Below are positions 30,843 through 41,650 of a stretch of 64,000 bases of DNA, in pieces. Both the position numbers and the translations under genes were made by a program. Under the pieces are notes generated by a model, which saw only the letters and a list, made by a program, of their open reading frames with translations, was not told the DNA's origin and ran no database searches. The DNA comes from the human T2T-CHM13v2.0 reference genome, Homo sapiens: the NCBI RefSeq assembly GCF_009914755.1, contig NC_060944.1. One strand, 5' to 3'. Each line of letters opens with the position of its first letter. Position 1 is the stretch's first letter.

Positions 30843-31959
30843 CATCTAATGTTAAAAAAGTTTTATTTCAAAATCTTTATTAAAAAAATGCTTTGCACTG
30901 AGCAATAGAGCTCAGGGAAAATAACGCCCTCTCTTCAACTTGTCTTTCTAAGTAACGTGAGGCAGTTGGGCCAACAATAGTGCTCCCCTCTACCTCTTCA
31001 TCTCTCCATTTCCTAAATCTTAGAAGAAAATAAACCTACAAGAGTTTAGCCCCCAAATCTCAGTGAAACAGCCATGGAAGGGAGAGACCAGTGAAAATCT
31101 ACTTCTACTTTGATGATAAAGGTTGAGAGAAATGCGATAAAATTTTTGAACTTGAGACACAAACTGGGCTGAACACACTTGGTATTAACTCCGTCTTTCA
31201 CCTTGGCCTCAGGCCTTATCTTATTCCTCCAGCATTCCTTGGGATGGTAAAGGCAGGTACCCTCATATGCAAGTCATAGTTAGGAGAAGCGTTAGCATGT
31301 CCACCTCCAAAAGCTACATTAATCTGGAGTAGAACTGAACCCTGTCCAAGGGAGCTGAGTTACAGGACATGAGGCTCTGGAAACAGGGGCCATTTCTTTC
31401 TTTTTGTTTGTGTGTGTGTGTTTGATTGTTTGTTTTTGTCTACTGCCCCAATAAATTGGTTTCTTTTCTTAGAGTCTGATGCTAAAGAAGTCTCGACTCA
31501 GGAAAACCACAAGGGTGGACTTGGGAAGACTCAACAGGTTGTAATGACTCTCCAGCAAATCATGTCACCATGCCATTTGATGATGGTAGGAAGAAACAAA
31601 GCCTTGAAGATTCATGCATTGAGAGAATAAGAGTTAGTGAGTAAACCAGATGTGTTTCAGGACTGGGACCCTGCAGTCATCAACCACCTCACACCTGCGT
31701 CAGTAACAAACCCAAGCTACAGCATGATTTTTGTTCTACCTCAGCAGATATTTTATAGATGGAAAAACTGAGGCATAAAGTGGGTAAATACCTCCCCCAA
31801 GGTCACGAGATAAAGATAACGCAGTCATCAAATATTCTGTCTCCTCAACATCTGTCTTACTGGAATTCTTGATGGATTGGTACCCCCTTATTATAGTACT
31901 GATTTTAACATAGGTTGGTTTTGAATACTGGGTTTTTAAAAATCTTTTCAAATCATTTG

Positions 31960-32157
31960 TAAATTATGGAAATGTATACATCACATGAAACTTACCATTT
32001 TAATCATTTTTAAGTGTACAGTTTGGTTTAAGTACATTCACATTGTTGTGCACTGATCCATCACTATACCTTTTTCATCTGCTCCAGCTCAAACTCTGTA
32101 CCCATTAAACAATAACTTCCCTTTGCCTCATCCCTCCAGGCCCTGGCAACCACCTCT
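31960..32157 (-). mobile_element. L1MB-type 3' end
   Basis: ttaccattttaatcatttttaagtgtacag...aactctgtacccattaaacaataact...ccctggcaaccac. Confidence 0.8.
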
Positions 32158-32159
32158 GA

Positions 32160-32682
32160 ATGCTATTTTATAGCAAAAAGAAATATTAACTTTTGAGCTT
32201 GGTTTACAACCAAAAACCACAATTACATGCAGGAGAGAGGGGGTGGGAAAAAGAGGTTAACTCAGAACTCAGTTACTTAGAAGACTCTGTGAGTGTGCTG
32301 TGTGTGTGTGTCTTTAAAAGACTCTCCACCTCCCAGCCCGCCTCCTCACACTTTGCCACTGGGTTGTTCAGTCCCCAGGTTCCCTCAGTCCCCAGAAGGA
32401 GCCAGCATGGACAATCTCCTTTACAGTTTCGGAAGCAGGTTTGTTGCCATGGAGTTCACATTTTGACGGGAGTTGAGAAGTATAAAGGTAACCATTTGTT
32501 TTAGTTTCAACGATCTGACAAAAAGATAGGCTGTTGCTCTTCTTCTGGAAAAGCCTGATTGGTAAGATTCCTTTAAGGGCTCAGCCCCAAAGAGCTTTAT
32601 CCCATCCCCTCGCAGACTGAAAACTAAAGCCTGCAGAGACCTCTGAAGGAAAACCTGTCCCGGGCTCCGTCACTTCACACCC
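32160..32682 (+). promoter_or_regulatory. SPTLC3: SPTLC3 proximal promoter and 5' UTR (CpG-poor, no CpG island)
   Basis: Unique sequence between an L1 fragment (ends ~32157) and the ATG. Contains a GGGGTGGG GT/KLF box (~32240-32247), TATAAA (32481-32486) and an inverted CCAAT box CTGATTGG (32555-32562). The exact TSS cannot be read from sequence. Confidence 0.7.
32407..32466 (+). other. Upstream ORF (19 aa, MDNLLYSFGSRFVAMEFTF*) in the presumed SPTLC3 5' leader
   Basis: ATG 32407 in agcATGG context, in-frame ATG 32449 in gccATGG context, TGA at 32464-32466; no further ATG before 32683. Confidence 0.6.
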
Positions 32683-32799
32683 ATGGCTAACCCTGGAGGT
32701 GGTGCTGTTTGCAACGGGAAACTTCACAATCACAAGAAACAGAGCAATGGCTCACAAAGCAGAAACTGCACAAAGAATGGAATAGTGAAGGAAGCCCAG
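32683..32799 (+). CDS. SPTLC3: First coding exon of serine palmitoyltransferase 3 (N-terminal 39 aa; gene continues beyond the window)
   Basis: Translation MANPGGGAVCNGKLHNHKKQSNGSQSRNCTKNGIVKEAQ matches the human SPTLC3 N-terminus as I remember it; 117 nt ending in phase 0 at a canonical CAG|GTAAGA donor (GT at 32800-32801). Confidence 0.95.
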
Positions 32800-33336
32800 G
32801 TAAGAGGCACCCTCCCCTACTCTACTCTGAATTACCTGAACGTTTCAATATTTCTCTGTGAAGATATTTGAGGCTGTCCTAACTTAGAGTTCATCTTATG
32901 AAGGGTTTTTACATGTTTTGACTGTTGACTCTGTTAATAGAAAGTGCTTGGCTACCAAAAAGTTTAGGTGTGGATTAAAGAGAAAATGTCTTCTGTATGC
33001 AAAAGAGGATACACACAGACTCACACAGCTTCAGGCTCCCTAAAATACAAATGTACCTACTAGACTTTTGTCTCAAGCATTTTGCGGGGAGGGAAGAATT
33101 AAGAAAGTTCCAACTCTTTGCATATATTTTTGTCCAAGAGACCTGCTACAACCGTCATGCTTCAGAAGAAAAAGAGGAAGTGAAAGTACATTTTGCTGAC
33201 ATTATGTGGTGGAGATGGCATTCTTCCCAGGTCCATGAGAAATGCATCACTGTTTGAAAGGCGAGTTATTATTGGTGTGTAGTGGAGCATTGTTTTAGCT
33301 CACTACTTGATTTGAGGCCACAGTATTTCTTTGAAA

Positions 33337-33348
33337 TGTGACGTCACA
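33337..33348. promoter_or_regulatory. Full CRE (CREB/ATF) palindrome TGTGACGTCACA
   Basis: Perfect TGACGTCA at 33339-33346, extended to a 12-bp palindrome, ~540 bp into intron 1. Confidence 0.5.
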
Positions 33349-36014
33349 GACATTCTTTTCCAAAACACTTCAGAAAGCAGGGCTGATTGTGACACACTGC
33401 TCTCAGAAAACAGAACAGCATCTTTAAAACAAACTTGTATTTTCCAACTTGACACTTTTTTTTTTTTTACTCTTATTGCACCGGGATGTTTGCAGAGTGT
33501 CCTAGGCAGGAGGAACTCGAGGAAAGTTGTCAGCTTGTTTTAAGAGAGAGCCTGGGTCTGTGAGGTCCTTATGTAAGGCAGTTCCCCACTCCCCACAGGA
33601 CACCCCGTGTCACTCTGCTCTGAGCAGCAGAAGTGAGCTCATCTGCCTGAGGAGCAAGCCCAAGTAGTCAAACAGGTAGCCTCCTGTTTGGAAAGAGAAG
33701 TGGCACAGGGAGCCCCATGCAATCTTCCATCATTTGATCATCCAGAGAGCAAGTATCCACCCACAGGAAAGGCAGATTGTTCTAAGATCACAGGACAGGT
33801 GGGTCTGGCTGGGGCCAGTCCTCCTCTCAGTGAATTACATTCGTGTGTGCAATTGGAAGAGGCTAAAGGAGCTCTAGAGCCTGAGTTGTGTGTAAACAGG
33901 CTGTGGTCCCCAAAAGCATTCCCCTCTTAACAAAAGGCACTGTCCAACGCTGGGAGGTGTCTATCAGAAACCTCAGAACTGGCCTGTCCCACCTGAGGAT
34001 CTGAAACCTGGAGCAATGTGAAGAGAAGGTGCTCAACTCCTGTCAGTTGTATGAAGGAAATTGCAGTAATATCCACCACTTATGCATCACTAAATATCAA
34101 TTCAGGCCACTACTCAAGACGATCCTTGCCTCTGGAATGCCTGTAACTCACAAGCTATTCATCTACTTACCCTTGTGATTATTCTGACCCTGAGGGATCT
34201 CATCTGGGAAGAGATTCCTTCTTAACTTTTCTCCCTTTTATTTATTTTATCTTGGTTTTATAATCACATTCGAGGTATGAGATTAGAAACTTAGACAGTT
34301 ATAACCACTCCTAAGTAAGGATAAAACCCAGGATTCTAAAGGTTCATTATGAAGTGCAGCTGCAAGACTGTAAATATCCTTGGACACTGAGGCTTCCCTA
34401 AGAACGGTCGAAAACATCAGGGCTGCTGTTGCCTTCCTGAAGGGCCATCCAGAGCCTCTTGTCTCAGACATATTTAGGTGTCACTAAGCTACAATTGGCT
34501 TTCATTGAGAGCCTCAATTATGGCTTAAAAAATATTTTTCAGAAAAACAAACGAACAAAAAAAACCCGGCTGAGATCATAGTGTAATAGGGCAAACGAGG
34601 GCTTATTGTCCCCTCCATGATGGGAACGAAGTTGTCTTTACTCTCAAGTTCCTTTGCCACCATTTTTGATCCTTGGGACCCTTTAACAAACTAGGCCTAG
34701 ACCAAAAGCCTTGCCTGTGGATAGAAGCAGTCTGCAAAGGCTTACAGAATCCTAGGCTGCTGGTCTCCCAAACACGTTCTGCCTGGCCTAACGTCTTCTG
34801 CCGCAGCATCTAAGATCCTACCAGCCCCTCCAATGATCCTCCCACCCTTTCTCTTCCCACTTATTTGCAACCACACAGCAACACAGTTATCTCTTTTATA
34901 CATTAGGGGACCCTACAAGATTCTGTTGACAAAGGGTTCCCTGGCATAACAAACATATGAAAATTACTATTAGGCGGTGCTCATGAGTCCTCCTTCCCCC
35001 TGGTCCAGCGTAGGCTGCCATCCCTGCTCCAGCCTGCAGCAGGCTTGCTGCCCCAGTCTCAAGGCTGGCAAGGACCAGAGCCTTTCCATTCTTAGAAACC
35101 TTCTAGAGTTCCTTTCTGGAGCTTTTAATGGAGCCTGACTATTTTTCCTGTTTTTTTTTTTTCTTTAAACCTCATATGTCCTGAGAATGCACAAAAACTG
35201 GTTTTCATCACTGACTAAGTCCATTTATTTGTTTATTCCCAACATGGCCTCCTACCTTTTACTTGTAACAGGACACTATCATACTAGAGGATTTGTTCTC
35301 CCTCTTCATGAGCATATCCACACTACAGACAGATGGGTGCTTAAAGTCTTAATCTATAAACTTGATATTTCTTATAATTTTTATTGAATTAAAATTCTTC
35401 CTAATGAATAGGAATTTCCTATTCCTTACTTAATTCTATATAATTACTTTGCAACTATTATCCACATAATTGCTTTTTAATTCCCAGCAATTATTTTTGA
35501 CCTGACCATAAACTTTTATTTGGAAAACCAAAACCTAGGAAGGTAGACCTTGTGTCTCCATTGCATTTTCCCAGAAGTAGTTTCTTAAGAGGATAGAGTC
35601 TGCATTTTCTTCTCTTAAACGAAACCTGCAGGATGAAAAAAAAATTGTAAAGTTTTCCTAATCATCCCTTTCCTGGAAAACAAAAATGTTTGGGGATTAG
35701 AGTTACTCTAATTCAAGGTTTATGGAGTTCTTGACCTGAATGTTGTAATATTACCAGGTATAGGTTATGAGCCCTAACAGGTGGTTGCTTTTTTTTCACC
35801 AATACTTATTAAGCATCTGTTATTCTTAGGACCTATAAAGATAAATAAGAAGTTTACAATTTATCTGTTAGGAGAAAGCTTATATCAACATTAAAATAAT
35901 CACATCAAAGTTAAATGCTAGTGCAAGGACAAGAGCTGCCATAAAGCAGACATAACTTGAGTACAAATGAGTGGTATAGATACTAGTACTAGAAGTTGGA
36001 GAAGAGCAAAAATA

Positions 36015-36240
36015 ATAATAAATATCAATATTCTGCTATGTATCAGGAAGGGCTAAGCACTTCAGGCAGGCATCTCCTGTACCTTCAAAACAGCCCCATG
36101 AAGTAGTAGTACACTGTCCATTATACAGATGGGGAAAGATAAATCACTAAGGAACTTCTGAAGAATCACAATCAGCATGGCCAGGATTTGAGCCCAAATC
36201 CAAGTTGCTCCAAAGCCAGTTCCTTTTTCAGTATGTTCTA
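36015..36240 (-). mobile_element. MIR SINE
   Basis: ccattatacagatggggaaa...ccaggatttgagccca...ctccaaagcc. Confidence 0.7.
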
Positions 36241-37182
36241 GGAAATCACAAGTTGGGGTGGTCAGTGACAGCTTCTCAGAGCAGGGAAGACTCAAATTGA
36301 ACCTTGAGACATTATAATTGCAGAAAAAATAGGGAGCTTATTCCTGAGGGGCAAATGAGGAAAAGACAGGAAAGGAACTCCAGAGATGAATGTAGGAGTT
36401 GCTAGTAAAGGGCATAAGAAAGGTCATGAAGCATTCCAGGAAGCTGTGAGGCACAATAGGTCATGTGACTTTTGAGAGACTTTTCTCAATTCAGTGAGCC
36501 TTCATCGCAGACAGTGAGAAGCAGTGCTGTGGCTGAGGTGGTGCTCAGCAGATGCTGGAAGAAGAGAAAGGATTAAGCCACATTATTATGGAAATCATTT
36601 CCAGTTTTAGAACCATTTAAGCTGAACTTCTATTCTCCCCACCTTTCTATATCCTCTTGCAGTCTGCAATATCCTGGTAGAGCTACTCTTCTGCTGTAGT
36701 ATAAACTTCTTCTAGAGAATAAGAGCAATGACTGATTGATAGTTTAATTGCAAACAGTGGTAGCTGCCGGACAGCCGTGGTAAGTACCTGTGTCTGTGGG
36801 GCTCACCTAGTCTACCCCCTGATTGAAATAGAGGTCAATATTCTCTCCAATTACTAGGAGAATTCATAAACTAAAAGTTTTGGAAATCCCTTTCAACTGC
36901 TCTGAGTCTTCATCTTAGTCTTGTCTTTGGTGTTCATTTTCTAATGCCTTTGTTTCTTGGCTCCTATTTCCTTAAAACAATCCCCAATGTGGCAAGGCTT
37001 CTCCATGAACTCCTTAAGGAATCCGCAGTTTTTCATGAGCTCATCATTTATAAAGCATTCTTGTGTGTCAGGTGCTGCAGTCATTAAGATGAAAATATTC
37101 TCCCTCCATTTATAAATAGCTCACAGTATAAATGAGAAAGACAAGCAATTATAGTATTTAATGGTAAGTACTATAGCAAATG

Positions 37183-37696
37183 TTACAGTTATCTATTCCT
37201 ATGTAACAGCCAGTCCAAAACCCAATGGCTTGAAACAATAACTATTGGATTGTCCATGATTCAGGCAGGGGCTGCTAGGGATTGCCTTTCTCTGCTCCAC
37301 GTGGTGTTTGCTGCAGATCAACTTGCCTGAGCATCCAAGATCACCCCATTCACATGTCCCAGACCTTGGTACCAGCTGTTGTCCAAAGCACCTTGTGTCT
37401 ACTTCACCAGGACACCCTCTGCATGTGGTCTCATTATTCTGCAGAGTAGCCCAGGCTTTTTTACAGGATGACTGGCTTCTAAGAGAGTAAAAATAGAAAC
37501 TACAAGACCTCTTTTATGTCCTAGGGACATTTCTGCTACATTCTGTAGACAAAGCCAGTCATAGTCCAGCTGAGATGCAAGGCGAGGAGAAACAGATGCT
37601 GCTTTTTTCATGACAGAGGCTGCAAAGTCACATTGAAAAAGGTTGTAAGGGATTGGAGAGATTATTGTGACCATCTTTGGAAATAGTCCACCACAA
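37183..37696 (-). mobile_element. MLT1-type MaLR LTR inserted in L2
   Basis: agttatctattcctatgtaaca...aatggcttgaaacaa...gaccatctttggaaatagtccaccaca; L2-like sequence on both flanks. Confidence 0.65.
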
Positions 37697-37972
37697 TAGA
37701 AATATATGGACCTTGCATGGGAACACAGAAGAATGTGTATCTGACCTAGGCTGGGAAGACAACTTGCTTCAGAGAGGCATTTGACCCAAGTCTTGAAAGC
37801 AGAGTAGCCAGTTGTACAGGCATAGAAAGGCATTCCAGCAGAGGGAAAGGCTGTTAGAAGGATATAAAATATCAGAGCACTATGCCTTTGGCCAATGAAA
37901 GATGAGTTCATGGTAGGAGGTTCAGGATGCTTAATGGAAAGAACCAGGTGGGAAAAGATTGTAAAATGCCTT

Positions 37973-38395
37973 TGTCTTAGTTTACATTCCCCAAGAAACA
38001 GACCCAGAGATAAAGATTTGAGTGCAAGAAATTTATTAGGGAGGTGAACCCAGGAAGCACAGAGGAAAAATAGTGAAGTGAGGCACAGAAGGGAAGGAAG
38101 CCGATACGCTCATGAGCAAGTTACCATTGTTGGCAACTGGGACTGAGACTTGTCGGGGACATCTGGGAGATGGCGTACAACACATCTCAAAGCTGTCTAA
38201 ATTTAAAAAAAAAAAAAAAAGATAAATGTCAACCAATTCCGGTCCATAATCAGTTGAGGGATGCTCAGCACTTGTAGACTTTCCACACATGGGCTGAGCA
38301 CACTCCTATGGCAGAGAAAGCCCTCAAGCTGAGCTACAGGTGCTTGCAGTAAGAAATCACCAGAATGGAAGAAGGTCTGGATGCGCCAAGAGTGT
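37973..38395 (-). mobile_element. LTR16-like ERVL LTR
   Basis: tgtcttagtttacattccccaagaaacagacccagagataaagatttgagtgcaagaaatttattagggaggtga. Confidence 0.7.
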
Positions 38396-38619
38396 CTTTT
38401 ATAACCATTTATATGTGCAAGTGATGGAGGTTTGAGAAGGGAATTAGCATGATCAGATACGGTTTCTCCCAAACTGTGTAAGCTTTATTTATGGTGACTC
38501 TTAGAGCATGGTTTATGAATTAGCCCTGATCTAATGGGCTAATCATCATACAAGACAGGATTATGCTGTTAAGCAACATAAACAGAGCTTACCCACTGTG
38601 TTTGGCAAAGGAGAAAAGG

Positions 38620-39560
38620 GATATATCAAGGGTAAATATTATTGCCATAATTTGTTCCCTTTGCACTCAAGCAAGATGAAAAACCAGAAACCATGAACAG
38701 CTTAGCAAATTTTAACTATATAAAAAAACTAAAACTTAATATGGCAAGAAGCATCATAAAGGGTAATGCATAAAAAGCAATTGGAAAGCATGACTGAAGT
38801 AAAAACTCCTTTACAATAGCACCAGAAACATGAAGGACCTGGAAATAGATTTAAATAAAATGAAAATCAATTGGAAGGGAGTATGAAAATGCTACTGAGG
38901 GACATGAAAGGAAACTGAAAATAAGTGGAAAGGCATACAACACATGTAGAGGAAGACTCAGGATGAAAAATGCATTAATTCTGCCTAAGTTAACCTATCA
39001 GTTTCTGTGTAAGTCCAGTAAATAAATCAACATATTTTTGAGCCAGACAAATGACATTGAAGTTTATGTGTAAAATTAATAAGGAAGAATAATTGGAAAG
39101 ACTATGATAAATAATAATAATGAGGGTGACTAGCACTACCAACTAGTAAATCATGTTGCTCACCAAAAGAATTAGAATGGTTTTCTATTAGTACATGAAC
39201 AGATAGATAAATATTATAGGTAATTGTTAATCTATTAAAGTATAAGAAAATATCAATTTTAAAATAATATTTACATGGGAAAAGTCTTTATAACTATGAT
39301 ATAATACCCAGGAGCCATAAAACAGGAGGTCAACAATCTGACTACATAAAAATCAAATATTTATTTCTGCATGGCAAAAACAAAACAAGAATAACACCGT
39401 GAAATAACCAAAAGGCAAATTACAGACCAGGAAAATGTTTAAAATTTATATCATAAAATGCAATTTTCTGATTATATAAATAACTTTTAGAAATGAATAC
39501 AAAAAGAGGCCAAACACCAGAAAGAAAAGAATGGACAAAAGCTATGATGAGGGAAATACA
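38620..39560 (+). mobile_element. Degenerate old L1 ORF2 fragments
   Basis: A-rich; ggaagactcagg...aattctgcctaagttaacctat, tgactacataaaaat motifs. Confidence 0.55.
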
Positions 39561-39769
39561 ATTTGAAATACAAAAGGTAAGGAAAGGAAGAGAAAGAAGG
39601 GAAGAGAAGTCAGAAAAGGGAAGGAAAGGAATATGCTAGAATCAGTTTCCATGAGAAAAGAAAGAAAAGTCCATTTTCTCAGTTTGTGTGCATTAAGTGC
39701 AAAGTCAAGTTGAAACTTAGTTTGAATAATCTAGTTATTTTGATCAGTTTAATAATGATAATAGTAAAG

Positions 39770-40460
39770 CTAATAAATCAATTGTTGATGGGTGCTACAT
39801 GCCAGGTCCTACTATGTAATTTGCCTCATTGAATTCTTATAGCAGTAATGCAAAGTGGATATTATTAGCCACATTCATACAGATGAGGAAACTGATGCTC
39901 TGAAAACATAAATAACTTACCCCAAGGTCACACAACTAGAACAAAACTGGGACATAAACTCTAGGCTATCTACCTTATCCTAACTTCTTACTTCAACAAC
40001 TGTCGAAGACCCCATGATATTATCTACTTTCTATGATAATAGGCTTAGAGACCTTTATTTAACAACTGAACATAATACCAGTTGTCTAAGGTATCAATAA
40101 TATACTTTTAAAAAGAAAGGTGCTTATGCTTTCACTGTAACTAAAGATATTGAAAGACATCAAGCTCCAATAGCTAATGCATGTTGGCCTATAGTTAAAT
40201 CTTTGGGAGGTAATCAAGAACATAATAATTATAATAATCTTTAACGTGTCTTGAGATCTTCAAAGTGCCAGGCATTCCCAGTGCTTTATGTTCATCATCT
40301 CACAGCATTCCTATGAGGTATTATTTTTGGACCCATTTTATAGGTGAGGAAACAGAAAGCTTTAGTAACTCAACCAAGGTCACCAACTTATAAGTATCAA
40401 AACCAGGTATGGAAACCAAGTTTGTTCAATCCTAGAACCTAAGTTCTTATCCTTTAGTCC
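39770..40460 (-). mobile_element. Two antisense MIR elements (~39770-39980 and ~40230-40460)
   Basis: acagatgaggaaactga...cccaaggtcacacaact; cccattttataggtgaggaaacaga...ccaaggtcac. Confidence 0.7.
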
Positions 40461-40930
40461 ACGCTTCCCCTGTAAACACAAGATAATGTTAGGCATGGGA
40501 TTCATACCCACTTCCAGAGAGAAGGGGCCAGCAGACACAGCCTTAAAGGGCAGAGTCAGTGTGAGTTAAAAGAATGGTGAGTTGTTTTGTTTTCCTGATT
40601 TTTCATTCTTAATAAAAATTTTAGCTTATCACAAATGACACCAAACTGTCATATATCTGTGCTTTCAATAGGCAATGTTATTCACTCAGAGACATACCAC
40701 ATTAGTGAACCTGTCACCTCCATGCCTCACTTTGAACAACTCTAAGCTAAAGAAAATTGACCTCATGTGACTCTGAGTCATGTGGACTCACACTTAGCCC
40801 CAGTCAGAGCTTGAGAGATAGTCTGGCTTTCAGGAGCTTTTTTCAAGAGTACATGGCCTCCCTGAATAGAAACTTCACTTAGTACAATATTTTCTGGCAA
40901 TACTGATATCTTAGACATGATGCAATAGAT

Positions 40931-41149
40931 CAAGCTTGTCGACATGTGGCCTGCAGGCTGCATTTGGCCCAGGACATCTTTGGATGCAGACCAACATAGA
41001 TTCATAAACTTTCTTAAAACATTATAAGATCTTTTTTGTGATTTTTTTTAGCTTATCAGCTATCATTAGTGTTAGTGTATTTTATGTGTGGCTCAAGACA
41101 ATTCTTCTTCCAATGGGGCCCTGGAAAGCCAAAAGATTGGACACTCCTG
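40931..41149 (+). mobile_element. MER30 hAT-Charlie DNA transposon
   Basis: caagcttgtc...aaactttcttaaaacatta...gttagtgtattttatgtgtgg...agccaaaagattggacactcctg; degenerate 8-bp TSD CAATAGAT / CAGCAGAT. Confidence 0.88.
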
Positions 41150-41164
41150 CAGCAGATGAAAGAT

Positions 41165-41650
41165 AGTTACAAATTCTTTGGAGTATTTCCCATTGAGAGG
41201 TAGAATCTAATTCTAATCCACTTGAACCTGGGCTAGACCTAATGACTTACTTGACCAAAAACGTGATGGAAGGGACAATCTGGGACTCCTGAGAGTCAGT
41301 TACAAGAAGACTCGCAGCTTGAACCCAGTCCTTGTAGAGTGCCCATTCTTGGAATCCAGCCACCATGCTTTAAGGAAGCCCAAGCAGCCCAAGAAGTTCA
41401 AGGAGAGAAACCAAGTATCCTTGCTCTGTTTCTAGCTGAGATGCAGTACCAACTTCTAAACTGTGTGAGTGATGTATCTTGGAAGTGAATCCTCCAGCCC
41501 CAGGGTGTGTTTGCTCCAATTGATACTTCATGGATCATAGACCAGCTGTCCCTGTTGGGCTCTGCCCATATTAAAAATTCTTGAGCAAATAAATAATTGC
41601 TGTTTTAAGTTTGCTGGTGGCTTATTAAGCAGCAATAAAAACTGAATACA
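41165..41650 (+). mobile_element. MLT1F/G-like MaLR LTR
   Basis: cccattgagaggtagaatctaattc...ccagccaccatgc...aggaagcccaagcagccc...gcagcaataaaaactgaataca. Confidence 0.75.

Noticed and set aside
32800-32871. C-terminal part of the 62-aa ORF 32683-32871 (VRGTLPYSTLNYLNVSIFLCEDI)
   Set aside because: Read-through past the exon 1 donor into the intron; not part of SPTLC3 as I know it.
32160-33400. CpG island at the SPTLC3 promoter
   Set aside because: CpGs are sparse; the region does not look like an island.
37399-37911. Longest ORF in the track (170 aa, minus strand)
   Set aside because: Spans L2 and MLT1 relics; no recognisable domain or exon structure.
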